Shown piece by piece: positions 1-13,000 of a stretch of 64,000 nt of DNA. Within the stretch, counting starts at the first letter, position 1. Every line of letters begins with the position of its first letter. The stretch spans positions 35,001-99,000 of the forward strand of contig BDGG01000010.1 in NCBI GenBank assembly GCA_001949185.1, written 5' to 3'. Position numbers and translations under genes: made by a program. This stretch comes from Ramazzottius varieornatus. Taxonomy: Eukaryota; Animalia; Tardigrada. The notes under the pieces were generated by a model, which was given only the letters and a program-made list of their open reading frames with translations, ran no database searches and was not told where the DNA came from.

Positions 1-25
1 CGGTAGTTTTTGACCCGGCCGATAA

Positions 26-3000
26 CTAGACAAGCTGCGTGATACTGTGACCATTTTCAAAAGAAAGTACTCGTTTGTAAGAAAGCCAAACTACAAGTAC
101 AAAGTGTTTAAATACAAAATATACGTTGCCTACGTTTCTGACGTCTCCAGAGCTGCGCTCTCGATCGCAGAAGAGTTCCTTGGTCAGCGTTCGAGCTTCC
201 TGCTTTCTTCCGTTCAGGTCTGCTTCGAGCTCGTTCGATTGGTCTATCAACTTGTCCACAACGGACTTAGTTTCAATCTTCTTTAGGCCATACTTCATGA
301 GGCGAGCGTGGGACCTTGAAGTGTGGAGGAGAAGACCCGTCTTCTTCACCACTTCACCGATAACATCTTGTAGTGCCTTAGTTGTTTCCTGCAGAGGAAA
401 GTAGCAGATCACTGCTAGTTACTAACTTCATGCGCGACCATCACAAAACCTCTCAAAGGTACCTGTAGTTTTGCAAGAGGAGTATGAGCACCGTTTTCAC
501 TGGCACACAGCAACTTCAGCCGCAATCGATTTTTCTCTCGAATTTCTCTAGCCATTTCTTGCAAACGGACCAGCGAAGGCTTCAAGTCCACATGCGACAT
601 GTTATGAATTCTGAAAAGGGAACGAAAAGCGTCAGCTTTAAGTGAGCAAAAGTAAAGATAGGACGTGGGGATTCGAACCAGCTCGTTTACTCCAGTGACG
701 CACGTTATAGCTATGAATAGCTGGACACGTGCGCCACTTGAGAAAGCGATCTGGTTCAATTCATCTGCATACTTTCAAATAAAAATGTAAATCCGACGAT
801 CATAACAGAAAAATACTATGAAAATAAACGTGCCAAATAAAATTCAGTTCGATTCCATGACTGAGGCGCTCACTTGGTCTGCAAGGTGGCTATATTTCGT
901 GTGACCTCTTCGAGTTCCTCGAGGTCGCTGCTGATCTTTTGGCTATCGTCCTCCAGAACCGCAATTTCATCGTACAAATCTGCGATCTTAGTTTCGAGCT
1001 CCCTCAGGTAGTCTTTGTACTTGTTCCTTTCGGCTTCCTTGTCATCAAACTGCGTGTTCATTTCTTGAAGCCTTTCGTTCTGTGTGGCAACGTCAGCGGT
1101 CTCATACTTCAGTAAATGAGCCTCCTTCAACGGCTGCTCGTGGATCCTTACTTCATCACTATTCACTTTGACGACCTCGTACTACAAAAATACCAAATGA
1201 ATTCCTATGATCTGAATAACTTTTATCGCCTCAATTTGAAGGCAAAAAAAGCAACAGAAAACGAACATTTCGGTTGGAGGTACAGAAACATTCAAAGTTA
1301 TTTTTACCAGGTTTTGGTCAGTGCAGAACACCAGTCGGTCTTTCTCAGCACTGGCGGTCTTCCAGTAATCGATGACGATGGGTACTGAGCTAGTTTTGGG
1401 TGGTTTTTTGGTGAAGAGAATGGCCTGCGAGGTGAAGGCTTGCTGCAAGTACTGCTTCACCAAAGGTGGCGCGTCGTACATCTTGTCCAGCACGGTGGAG
1501 AAGCCATACCGGCGATAATTCCTACAAGACAAACCTCGTCAGTAGTTGGGAGCTCGACACACAAAGTCGACCAACACTTTCCCAGGTGGCGTACGCCCTC
1601 AGCCAAAGTCAATAACTACGTGCGTCACTTGAAAAAACAATCTCGTCGACTTTGTCTGCCGCGCTCACATTTCTCACCAGAATCCAGAGTAAGTTCTTGC
1701 ATTGCGGAAGTGGCTCTACAGTTCATCGAAAATGGGTCTCAGTATCTAATCTGGTGAACTTACGCCAAGGTATCGTCGTCTAAAGGTGGCATGTCGATCC
1801 GGCTGCGCATGAACGCGATGGAGATCTTGCGTCCTTCTCGGACATTAAATCTCTGCATCATCGCGTTGCACGTCTCTGGAGAGTCCACCAGGAAAGACCG
1901 AAGAGTCTTGTAGCCAAAGATGGTCTCCATCGCCTTGATCGACGTGGCATCGTTGTACTTATCTTTCGGCCGAATCTGAAAAACCAAACCAGTTAACAAA
2001 CGAATTCGGCATGAACACTCAACAAGATTATGTCCGAAGTGGCGCACGGTATCAGTGAGTTTGGACTTGGACAAACTCGACAAGATCGTATAACTCAGTG
2101 GTACAAGCCTCCAGCGAGGTTACGGACAGCGTCTGCCACTTTGGATAACAACCCCTCAACTTCATTGGCCAAGCTCCCAAATATAAGTTTCATATTTGGT
2201 ACTCCACAATGATATTTTCAAAGTTAGGGACAAATTAGGGCTTCGCTTACATGGAGAAACAAAGGACCATACACGTGGCCCTCAAAGGTTTCCGTTGCCG
2301 TACTAATTGCCTCCCACACTTTGAACACATCCTCACTCAAATGCCCGTCCCCACGTAGGTCTTCCAGTCTCCTTCTGCGATGGTGATTCGTGCCGGGAAT
2401 CTTCCTCAACTCCCGTGCGATGCCTACAGCAACAACAAGAAACGATTGCGTTGAAATCAGAATGGAAAATTCTTTCGGAGACTTCACCTTTGCAAGCGTC
2501 CTCCATTTTCTTCAGTTCTTTTTTAGCTGTATCCCGTTCTTCTTCCTTCGACTCCAAGCTCGCCTTCAACTCTGCCATTTCTCTGTCTTTCTCACTCTTT
2601 CTCTGCGTCAGGGACTCCTTCGATGCCCTCTGCGTCAGCGTGGCATTTTCTCGAGAGAGTTCTTCCCTCACTTCGGTCAATTCCTGTTCGGGGCTGTCAC
2701 TCAGCGTCAGGTCCGATAGCTCGTTCATTTGACGCTGCAGCACCTCCACCGCTCCTTGCATATCACCACTTATCCTGGACTGTTGCTCCAGGTACTCTAG
2801 AGCGGTTCGAACATTTCCGGAAGGCGGGAACTCAGGTGGCTTCTCTCGTAAAGATTTGGGGATTGTCTTGAAAGCCAGATAGCACGAGTCCGTCGCCGCT
2901 TTCCACCCTTGGAAGTTCTGTTGTTCTCTAGCCAAGTCCTGCTGCAGCGCTACCTTCTCGCTCTCTGAAGCATGAATACTCTACAAAAGAAAGAAACCTC

Positions 3001-4312
3001 AACGACGCGTTTGAGAGCTCGACAAACAGAACCCACAAGATCAATTATCAAGTAGCGCACACTTCCAGCTAACAAATATAGGAACGTGCGCCATCGAGAA
3101 AGAGGATCTTATCTAGCTTTCCAACTGGCGCACGCTTCCTGCCTATATTACCGAAAACATACGCCACTTGGAGAAAACAGTCCCCGCTTATGTTGAGGTG
3201 AACCTAAAGCTTACCTGGATAAGAAGTTTCAGCCGGACAGCCATCATCTTCTCAAACCTCTCGCTTCTTTCGCGTAGCTTCTTGGCTGCTTTTTCGGTTT
3301 CACTCTGCTTTAGAATCTGCGGTTCGTTAGCGTCTCTCATTTCTCTAAGCTTGTTGTCGGTGTCGATCCACGATTTCCGTCGTTCGACGAGCTCGTTGTG
3401 CATCTCCCACACTTCTTTTGCCAGCTACAAAAAACACTCTAGGCTGCAAAGCCTCGGCGAAGCGAAGGAGGAGGAGCAGGTACCGATTGTTCGGCGCATT
3501 TGAGCAATTCGAAAGGTTTGAGATCGAAAAGATCGGCAATGCGATCTTGCAACAGGAACAAAGACAGGTTTTCCGGCACAATCCGAAATTCCTCTTTCAG
3601 TCGAGCACGGTACTCATGGAACTTTTTTGGTTTTCCGTTGATGAAAAACTCATTGTTTGGAGTTCTTTCATTCTTGGATTGCCTGTAGATGGTTCGTGCG
3701 AAACGAGTTTGTCCTTTAGGATGATCCGGATTATGTCTGGAAGAAAGGACCACTTAATCGGCGTTTCTATGTGCATGTCGCCTGAAACAGCGGTGCGCAA
3801 GCACGTTGACACAACCTACACCGCGCGCTATTACGCACAAAGCAAACGTACGCAACATGCAGACATGGACTTACGTACAAAGTCAGTTCGATTTCTGCTC
3901 GGTCGATTCCCGCGCCTCGTTTGACCAAGTCCCCATATACATTTCCCCGTCTCAAGAACTTGGCGCGTGATCCACAACACAACGCAATTGCGTTGACGAT
4001 GGAGCTTTTCCCAAAGCCATTTGGTCCGGAGATGATATTGATGGATGGCTCAAAATAGAAATAGAGTGGAGCTGGAGCTTTCCGGCTACTTGGACCAGGC
4101 TGTGTCTCGCCAAAAGTTCTGGAAAACAATTCGTAGTCGTGGGTCAGTCATTTACACACGAAGAAGTAGACTCACAGAAAGTTTCTGATGGCAAGCCGTT
4201 TGATAGCGCCTTTCTTGAATACAGGGGAGGAATGTATGAACAATTTGATGTCTCCTTTAGTGTCCACATCGTCGTCCGCTTCCATGGGCAGTGTGCCGTT
4301 CCCCTCCTCCAT
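26..4312 (-). CDS. SMC5: Structural maintenance of chromosomes protein 5-like, multi-exon; 3' end (C-terminal head) lies beyond the left window edge
   Basis: Exon 1 (ATG 4312, donor after 4176) encodes GAIKRLAIRNFL, like SMC5 GSIVRIxMENFL. Exon 2 has Walker A GPNGFGKSSIVNAIAL followed by LVKRG...AEIEL. Next exon has the Q-loop FLLQDRIADL. Coiled-coil exons, hinge-like FEGHVYGPLF (~2260) and further coiled coil continue to the edge. GT-AG introns throughout. Confidence 0.85.
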
Positions 4313-4499
4313 TCTCCCAGCTTCTCAAACGCTTCTCCCTGTCCAGACGACCAATGCGGCAACACAGGTCACATACCAGAAGCTAACTCAGTGCATGTTC
4401 TGGGAACGACAGCAGTCATGAGCTGCCAAAAGGGGCCTCCACTTGCACACGGCCTGCCAAAACCGCAAGCCGTCGAAAACGACGTTTGGTTAGTCATTA

Positions 4500-4768
4500 T
4501 AGAGATTAAGTTGCCACTCCCGTTCACTTTGCAACTGTAGCTACGGCCTTGCTCCGCCCCTTTCGTGACGTGTAACTACATTTTGCTTTCCGGAGCTCCC
4601 CTTATTTTCGAAAAATAGCGTAATCGGAGTTACGGTTGGCTAGCATTGGGAAGCATGGTGGCTGCCCAACTATTCAAAGTTCTGATCAGCTGCTGCGCTT
4701 ATGAGTGACGTTGCAACTTAACTTAGCTACAGTGGAACTTTCATCTGGCGGTGGCAACTTAATGTCTA
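4500..4768. mobile_element. 269-bp MITE, copy 1 (about 190 bp upstream of the SMC5 ATG)
   Basis: 18-bp TIRs TAGAGATTAAGTTGCCAC / GTGGCAACTTAATGTCTA; near-identical inverted copy at 54487-54755. Confidence 0.85.
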
Positions 4769-5599
4769 CATTATCGAACAGTTGGTAACGTGTGCGTGGT
4801 GTAGACTTCCACACACAGACACCAGGTTCAAACTATGTCACTCGCGCTTTTTGCAGCCCAGCGGTTGCTTCTGTTTGGCGAGACGGTTTTCTTTTGTTGC
4901 TCGGAATCCTTGATTGAATGAAGAGCTCATCTTTGAGTTTTGCTAGTAGGTTACATCACATTACGCACTGTAAATCATCAACGTATGACGTACACCATAT
5001 CGGTCCTATCTATTTGTTAGCGGAACGTAATCAATTAATCGCCCAATCACTGTGTTTGACGTTCCGGCAAGGACCCCTTTCGCAGTTTATGTATGAACGA
5101 GAGCGTTAAACTTGGAAAAAATCGAAAAGAAAGGATCAAGACTTAGTACGTAAATTCGCGGGGCGGAACCCCGACGGGTACTGTTGCCGCCGAGGGAGGC
5201 TAAAAGGGAAGAAAACGGGAACTGGGATGATGGCAGCGCGTATCCCAAGTTCCCAACCATTGGATTACTCCCTGTGACTCGGAATGCTATAGCCTTATCT
5301 CCTTCTTTTGTGACCTACTTTCGCTTCTCCTCAGTCACATTCCATTCACAAGCTTATCACCACTAATGCTGTACTGTGCCCTTCACTGGGCAAAGTTCAG
5401 CAGAAGGGTTCAAGCACAGACTTACGAACAAGACCAGCTCCGTAACGACAGCTCGTGCCCAAAAGTCCCATATTAGACCACCTGAAGTGGTTTGACATGG
5501 GATAACATGGGGTATCAAGTCGCATGCAATGTTGTATTAGTAAGCTCTGCGAGCATCACGTAATAGCCTCACACTGTATCGGCGGCAGCAACACTGATG

Positions 5600-5890
5600 A
5601 GCTGCTGTACTTTGTGTTGTCGGAGAGTGGGACACACGTTCAAGCGCTTGATTGATTGCGCTCGGCGAATATCGAGGCGGAGCGAATATTCGTCTATGTC
5701 ATCGACCATGCCATCAAAACGGAAGAAAACTATAGCGTCAATAGAATCAGAGTTCTTCTCCCGTAAAAAGTCATTCCACAACTTGATTCCCCACTGTTCT
5801 CGTATCTGTTGGTGTGTGTTCTCCACAGTCTACGACGAGTCCTGATTCAACTCGCATTTTGGCACGCCGTTGTTTTCAGCACGTAAAGTA
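5600..5890 (-). pseudogene. Possible Crypton/DUF3504-type tyrosine recombinase N-terminal remnant
   Basis: ENTHQQIREQWGIKLWNDFLREKN...DDIDEYSLRLDIRR resembles the T-x-WA-x3-F-x2-W...L-x3-L-x2-F-x3-IR pattern of Crypton-derived proteins; in-frame stop upstream. Pattern recognition only. Confidence 0.25.
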
Positions 5891-7014
5891 CTGCAGGTGC
5901 AGCTCTACAGTTAACGTAAACTCTAAGTTTGCCAAAACAAATCTTTTGTCAAATCAATGGATACCGTAACCTTGGAACCCAACCAATCGCAACAACTACC
6001 TCTATGGTTTCGCCGAACAGGAACCGGTCTGTTCTACCGCGAATTCGTCCGTACAGTCCCACACAAAGTGAGTGACGTTAGAGACTTCGTTTTTGTCGCC
6101 GAATAAAGTTCAGTCCGTGCTTCGGCCAAAAGTTATTAAATTATACCCAACGGACTCCGAATCGCCAACTCATCAGAGAAAGCTCGAGCTCCAGACAGCA
6201 CGATCCTTTACTCAGGATGATTCCCCGATTTTTTCTGATTTCGTAGTTTTTTCGACGAATTTTTCCATGTTTTTGATGAGTCATGAGTCGTGATTTCGGA
6301 TTTGATCAATCAATTCTGTACTAATCATTAGAAGATGTTGGCGTATTGATTAATACGGAAGTGATAACCTTTTTGATAGTACAACTTGACAGCACTGCAC
6401 GGTCAACATTCAACAGGGTATAATAATGCACTATGCCTGTACGTACAACAGATGAATAATGGTAGACCACTTTCGGTGCCAAGAAATTTCTTTGATCTTC
6501 CCCCACAAGCTCAGGCTTGCCATAGTTTGCCCCAATTTAAGGGCTCTAGAATGCCTTAACAGCTTTCTAAGATGACTCAAGTGGTCTATGATTCATTCTA
6601 AGGCTCTGCTGGAAGGCCGGCCTTTTGGGCGGAGCTCTCGCAATATGATCTTCGTCGCAGACTCGATTTCTTTGCGGCTCGCTCCGCTTGACTTCTTCTC
6701 GATCCTTTCCCGACTGGTTTATTTGCAGGTCTTGCTCAAGAGCTCACAGCAACAGGATCATTCTCGGCGATTGCTCTTCAACTTACATCTTAATCTTAAC
6801 ATGGATAGGGTAACGTGTCTATCTTTTCCATCGACAAGGTCTGTGCAGCGGCTGGTCATTATTTCCGAGCTTCCTCTGGCGTGTCCTAACTGCTTTCTGA
6901 TGCCACCTTTTCAGAATCTAGACTACATTTCATCTCCTCAAACTGTCAAGCAAGTCAGCAGCCGACGAACGAAAAAGATTCCCCATCTCAGCGCGGACAG
7001 GAGACTATTTTGCC

Positions 7015-9006
7015 ATGTGGCGTCCCCCTGTACCCCCGTATCAGGGCTTCCCTCCGGGTTACTACCATCAAGCTCCTCCGCCCCCAGCCAACAATGTGGA
7101 CCTCGCATCCGCCGCCGAACAGTGGGCTATGATGCAAGCCGTAAACCAGCAGGCTCAGAATGAACAGCAGTACGCATACCCTCCTCAGCCGCAATTCCAA
7201 CAACAGCAACACCAATTCGCTCCACCATCTTCGTACCCGCAGTCAGTCCAGCAACCTCCATGGCCTCCTCACGCTTCACAAGGCTTACTTCCACCTCCTT
7301 CCATGCCTCAGTACCAGCAGCATCCTCCTCAAGATCCTTACGCTGATCCGTTGGAACGTCGGACCACTGGTCTTCTCGGGCATGCGCCACAACCAACTGA
7401 ATTCGACCATCACGGGCCCGGGGTACAACCTGGGCCACCACATGGGTTTCAGGCACAGCCTGCTTATGCCCCGCCTGTAGCCCCACAAGCGCATCAGGCC
7501 CCGCCCGGACAGTTCCAAGCGCAGTTTGCTCCGCCTGGACTGCCATCTGGTGTTCATCCACATTTTCAGCAGCCGTACGAAGCTCCAACGGCACTTCCTC
7601 CCCGTCCACCTCTTCCAGGTACCATACTGACATTTTTTTCCACAGGAAGAAACTTTAGAAGACCTTAATGATGTCTTTTAGTGGATCCGAGTCTGACTAG
7701 TGGGAATAGCTTTCAGCCGTATGCTGCTTCTGATAGCAGCGCTTACCATGATGCTTCTGCTGGTTACCCCTACCAGTACGATTACTCCAACATGGCATAC
7801 CATCCGGGTTTCGACTTCGAAAGCGTCGCACAGTCACATAACGCAGAAGCTATTAAGAAGCTTCCACCCTGGCTTCGCGAAGGACTTGAGAAGCTCGAGC
7901 GCGAGAAGCAGAAGGAGCGCGAGAAGCAACGCTTCGTGCAAGAGTACGAAGCCAAGATCAAGGAAGAGTCCACCACATTAGGGGAAAAGTCAGGCAAGAC
8001 CTCGAAGTTCGACAGCTCACCCAGTCGTAGTCGTTCAAACAGCCCCGTGGTCATGAAAGTAGAGTCGGAAGAAGAGTCAGAGGAGGAAGAGGAGACGTGG
8101 AGTGACGAGATACGACGCTTGACGTTGATTCAAGCGACAAAAGACATTGTGACTTCCGTCTTGATGAATGCTACTACTAGAGTTTTGGAAAAGACCTGTA
8201 CAGCAGAGATCGAAGCTCGTAAGACAGAACTGAACAAGAGTTCGATCAGTTCGGGGAAGACTGGTGGTTTAGCTGCCTTTCTCAACTTCACCGGAAGTGA
8301 TTCGGAGGAAGATGGTGAGGATGATCAGCCTCCTCCGCCACCCAAAGGTGCCATCAAAGGAGCTTCCACGGCTCAGAAGTCTATCGATACCCCTGCGTAT
8401 GGTGGAATAAAGCTGAGTGTAGAGAGCTCGCCTTCTCCTTCACCAGAACCTGAGAAGAAAGAAGTGAAGTCAACTCGGTGGGAAGGAAGCAGCGAACGAC
8501 CATTGAATGTCAAGAGAAACGAAAGTGAACAGAGCAACAGTAAAGCCCGTGGCGAAAACGGATCCACTTTCGGTTCGCAAGGGGGCCGGGTCAGTAACTC
8601 GACGTCACAACGGCGAGAATCGAAGAGAAGCAGTTCGTCTTCCTCGTCGAACTCAAGCTCTGGCAGAAACAAGACATCAAGGAGAAACAGGAGTCCTGAG
8701 CCTATACCGGAGAAGAAGCGGGTGTCGAGGTGGAACAGAAGTCCCGAGGAAGGTCGAAGAAAAGATGAAGACAGGAAGGAAAGCTCAAGACGCGAAGAGA
8801 AGCGTCCACAGCGCGAACGAAGTCGCGAACGCTCGATGGATCGTAGGGATGAAAGACCGTCGTTGAAGAGATCTGACTCGACGAGGTCGGGGAAATCTAC
8901 AGTCAGCTCGTCATCCAAGACGTCAAGGAGGGAGGAACGAAGGAGAAGTGACTCGCGGTCGGATGAAGACGTGTCCAGACGGAAGCGCAGTCAAAGGTAT
9001 TCTTGA
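7015..9006 (+). CDS. PNISR: Arginine/serine-rich protein PNISR (SFRS18); exons 7015-7618 and 7682-9006
   Basis: Pro/Gln-rich N-terminus with DLASAAEQWA, PNISR core motif KKLPPWLREGLEKLEREKQKERE, acidic linker and RS/RE-rich C-terminus. A 63-bp GT-AG intron joins the two ORFs in frame. Confidence 0.88.
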
Positions 9007-9324
9007 TCGATGCGTGCAGGCTTCTGTCATTTTGTACTACCATCAACGAAGGTAAACAACATTCATTTATCTCAAAATGTATTCACTGTAACTATACTAG
9101 AGAAAATATGAAGTGCGGAGAGTCAACCGAGGAATCAGAATAAGAATTAACAGACCGCCAAATTTGAGGCTTTGTTCAATCAATCAATCGACGATATCAA
9201 AATACAGTTGAACAGAAAGAACCGACGGAACGTTTTTGGTTCGACGCCGTCGTCGACGTCATAGCAGAAACTGACCATTAAGTTGACTGTTGACTGATGC
9301 CGGAAGTAACCGTTGTTTCGCTTT

Positions 9325-9501
9325 TCAGCCTCCGGTTGCTGCCTTCTTGTTGGCCATCTTGGCTGCCGTTGCAGCGGGTTTTGGAATCTTCACTCCGAAC
9401 CATTCGTTCATGAGTCCTAGCCAGCCGTCTTTCTTGTACTTTCGGTACCCGATGTAGGTGATGAAGCCGAGAGCTCCAAGAAGTGCCAGCGAAGTCAGCA
9501 T
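9325..9501 (-). CDS. Putative 58-aa single-pass membrane micropeptide
   Basis: MLTSLALLGALGFITYIGYRKYKK...: hydrophobic signal-anchor followed by a basic cluster, amphipathic W-rich helix and Ala/Lys tail; same strand as GAS2-like, between GAS2-like and PNISR. Confidence 0.45.
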   Translation of the reverse strand: MLTSLALLGALGFITYIGYRKYKKDGWLGLMNEWFGVKIPKPAATAAKMANKKAATGG

Positions 9502-10062
9502 CGCGTTGATCGAACTTCCAAAAGTGTTGTTTTTCCTCTTCCAAACTAATCTTATCCACTGCTCTGTTGTTGTTTCGTGTTTCCTCAAATTGCCTTCAGA
9601 TGCTGTATCAGATTTGGTTCAAGTGTTGACACGATAACAAGACGGTACTTGCTATTTTTCAAGTGAGCATGACTGTGAGAGAAAACTCATCGACGCTCTT
9701 GAGATTCCTCATCACGACTCTTCGTGTGGGCACTTTGTCTCCTGGCAAAGTGACGGAAGTTCAAGGTTGCTGCCTCAATGACAAACATTGACAACAAAGT
9801 GTCTCATGTTTATATTATTCCACGATGCGCTCTGATAGAGGTCATACCCTCAGAGCGGCAAATAAATTGCGAAAAAAGTACAAACTAAATTTATCAAAGC
9901 AACAATAGCAGCAGTATTGTGATCGAAGACCCAATATTGACAAATTGAATCCACCCAAGAGAGATGCCAGTGTCTAAATTGGTTCATAAAATCACCGTCG
10001 CGGTAAGGTCTAGGTCGTAAAAAATTCCCATAAATTTCAAGATTGTCATTCTTCCCGATGCG

Positions 10063-13000
10063 TTACGCTGAGATATCACTGTAGAAGCCTTCTTCGACTG
10101 AAGAAGCTCGAACTTTCGTCACTTCCGGTTGCGACGATGTCGAACCGTTACAGCTCAGTGGAAAATCACCCCGATCTTCCTTCGTTTCTCCATTTGTGTC
10201 TCCACCGTCGAAGAGACCTTTCAGTCGGAGGAAGTTTTTTCGGTGTCGCTGGTAAGCTTCCGACCACGGGTCTTGAGCGTTTTTGTTTTCATCTGGCGAA
10301 GGAACCACAGATTCATGAGCAGTCTTTGGCAAGTCTTCCATTTCCATCATGCTGAACCTTTTCTTCTGGTATCGTGGAACTATTTTTGGAGTTAACTTGA
10401 TTTTGCTTGATATTATCGGAATGTCGGAAGGGTCTTCGAGCACGGAAGATCTGCGATTTGAACGAGGAAAAATCGATGAGGAAGTAGGGACAGGTTTTAC
10501 AGGCTGCGGCACTGTGGTTGATTTAGTGAGCGGAGGTTCGTTCGTGAGCTTGATGTGACTTGATTGGTCGATAGAACTAGAGCGGAGCAGTTGACCAACG
10601 TCCATACTGCGTGCTCGAACCTTGCGCAGCTCTTTCTGCGCATTCACGGCGGAAGTTGACTGATTCGCGCGGCGCAGTTCGACCGTGCTTTGTGGTTGTG
10701 AAACACGGCGAACTTTGACCGTAGGCTCTACGAGTTGCGCATTTTGTATGCTGGTGCGTGATGGAGAGGTCTTTTTTTGGCCGGTAGAGTTCTTTGTTGT
10801 TGAAGAATGTGTCGGAGGCTTATGCGCAATTTCGGAGGGAGTTGTGGCTGTGTTGGCGCCAGTGGGGCATTGGGCACTGCAATAAAAGAACCGGAGTTGA
10901 TATATTCCATACAAGACTCCGAAAGAACGGTGGGACCAGGTCGAAGACAGACTTGGGTTTGATGAAAGTTTTACGGCACACTCACCGGTTGAACACGACC
11001 TGCAAAGGCGTCAAATCGATCTTTGCTTTGCGAGTTACGGCTGTTGTCGAACCCTGTTGTGTGGTCGTTGTCGAGGTGCTGAGCGCGGGTGGAATACGAG
11101 GCGCCTCATTACAGCAGCCTCTTCGTCGACACGGATCGTGTTTTTCTGCAACGACAAGCAATCAATACAAACTGCAATACAACCTCGAATGTGGAAAACT
11201 CGTAGACAGTAGGCGAAAGTCGTCCAATATTGGAGAAGCACCGAATAGGGACGTTAGTGATATACAGTAACCGTAGCATGGTTCAGAATAAAAATTAAGT
11301 TTCGATCTTCGTCGGATTTGCTTTTGGGAACTTTTTTTTCAAAACACATCTTTCTCACATTCCCGTCAGACACAGTAGTTTCTCATAGCGCAGCCGTTCA
11401 CCAGTCCGGGAAACTGATCAGACAATCATGTATGCAAACTGTTTCGCTGCGACGCTGACTGCGAGACAGGTACACTAAAAAGACGTTTCGAAGTGTCAAG
11501 TAAACAAAAAGCGCATGCGTACCCAGAAAATGGTCTAGCGTGTCCCAGCCTCCACCGACGCGTACCATAACATGATTTCGTAAAATCTGGAAACAACATA
11601 CGGTATGGTCTCATGGCTAAAAAGTTTCGAGAGCACAGTTTTGAAGAGAGGATCAGGCCTTACGCGGACGTAAATTTGCAAGTGGGATGTTCCGACGCGA
11701 TATTTCCCAGGAGCGATTTTAATGAGCGGGAAGGGCGACTGGCACTGGCAGACCTTGACATGCTCCTTCACCTGTGAAATTATACCGGAACATGATTAGA
11801 CTTCTGCGGTAGTCTATAATTATCAAGTTGACCGACGGTCTTCCTGCTTATTGTACCACACGATTTACGACACGCCTTGTTTGACCATAACGATGGTCAT
11901 AAACGAAAACAAACATTAGTTTTTATTTTTAGTTACGGTTAAAGTTGACGCTTGTTACGGCGTCGGGGGGTGATTTGGTGTTTTATGAAGGCCGGTTAGG
12001 TGAGATAATGTTGGCGCTGATGGGTTGTCGGCTTTATTGCTTGGTAAATAGTGGCGTTATCATATTGCACTACTGGCCTGCACAAATTGATTCTGCGATA
12101 TCAACGACGTCTCCTCACGTTCTAAACTGTGCTATACGGGCCACGGCGGATATTGAAACGGCGAACCACCTCCTCGACCTAACCTTTGCCCTCGAGCTCC
12201 AAACTTAACATTAAGACCGAGCAGGTTTCCCCCCGTTGTGTCAAATGAGCTGATTTTCCTGCAACACAGTAGACTACGGCTACCAAATTCCACAAACGAC
12301 ACGAATGCTGAAATTCTACCTGAATATGGAGAAAAGAGCTGAGATCGAGGTACATAAAGTGAAAACAAACTTAATGTGAAAACTGTGGGAACTAATCTTC
12401 AGTTATGTCAGATAAATCTGTCGAGGTTATTGATTTTTCATCAGATTATCTCCGCCCAAAAAGAATATCGTGGTTTATGCGATGTGAAATCTGCCTTCTT
12501 GAGAAAGAAATATGCCGACGAAATAAAAATAGACCAAAAGTCATAATCCATCTTGTTTATTTGACGTTCGTCAGTGGCAATGGCGCGTAAAGGTGTTCGA
12601 CGTTAGGTGAAGGCCTCAATGTTGTGCCGGACGTTTTCAAGCAGCTGACGAGACTTAATCAAAATCAACGTCAGCAGCAACCGTCCATCTGACACTTTTC
12701 AGGCGGTAATCAAAAGCAAACAATAGCTGCTCGTCTGTAACACAGACGAAAATAAAAACAGCAGACGTTAACGGTATTATCGACGCCGTATCTCAGGACG
12801 GAAGTACTCGCCGATGGGCGGTCAAAAACTCAATAGGATTACATCAAAATCAGCAGTCACGCAGGCAATTAATCCCTCGGCTACCATAATCCCCTCGCTT
12901 ACACTGACTTGCGGACTGACGCTCGCTATCTACTAAACCTAAAACAACCATCTCATACACGAAGAAAATCAGAAAGTGAAGAACCCATTGGGAATTTAGA

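Noticed and set aside
8373-8918. 181-aa antisense ORF, plus similar antisense ORFs over SMC5, MRE11 and the SYGQ gene
   Set aside because: Shadow frames of low-complexity coding sequence on the other strand.
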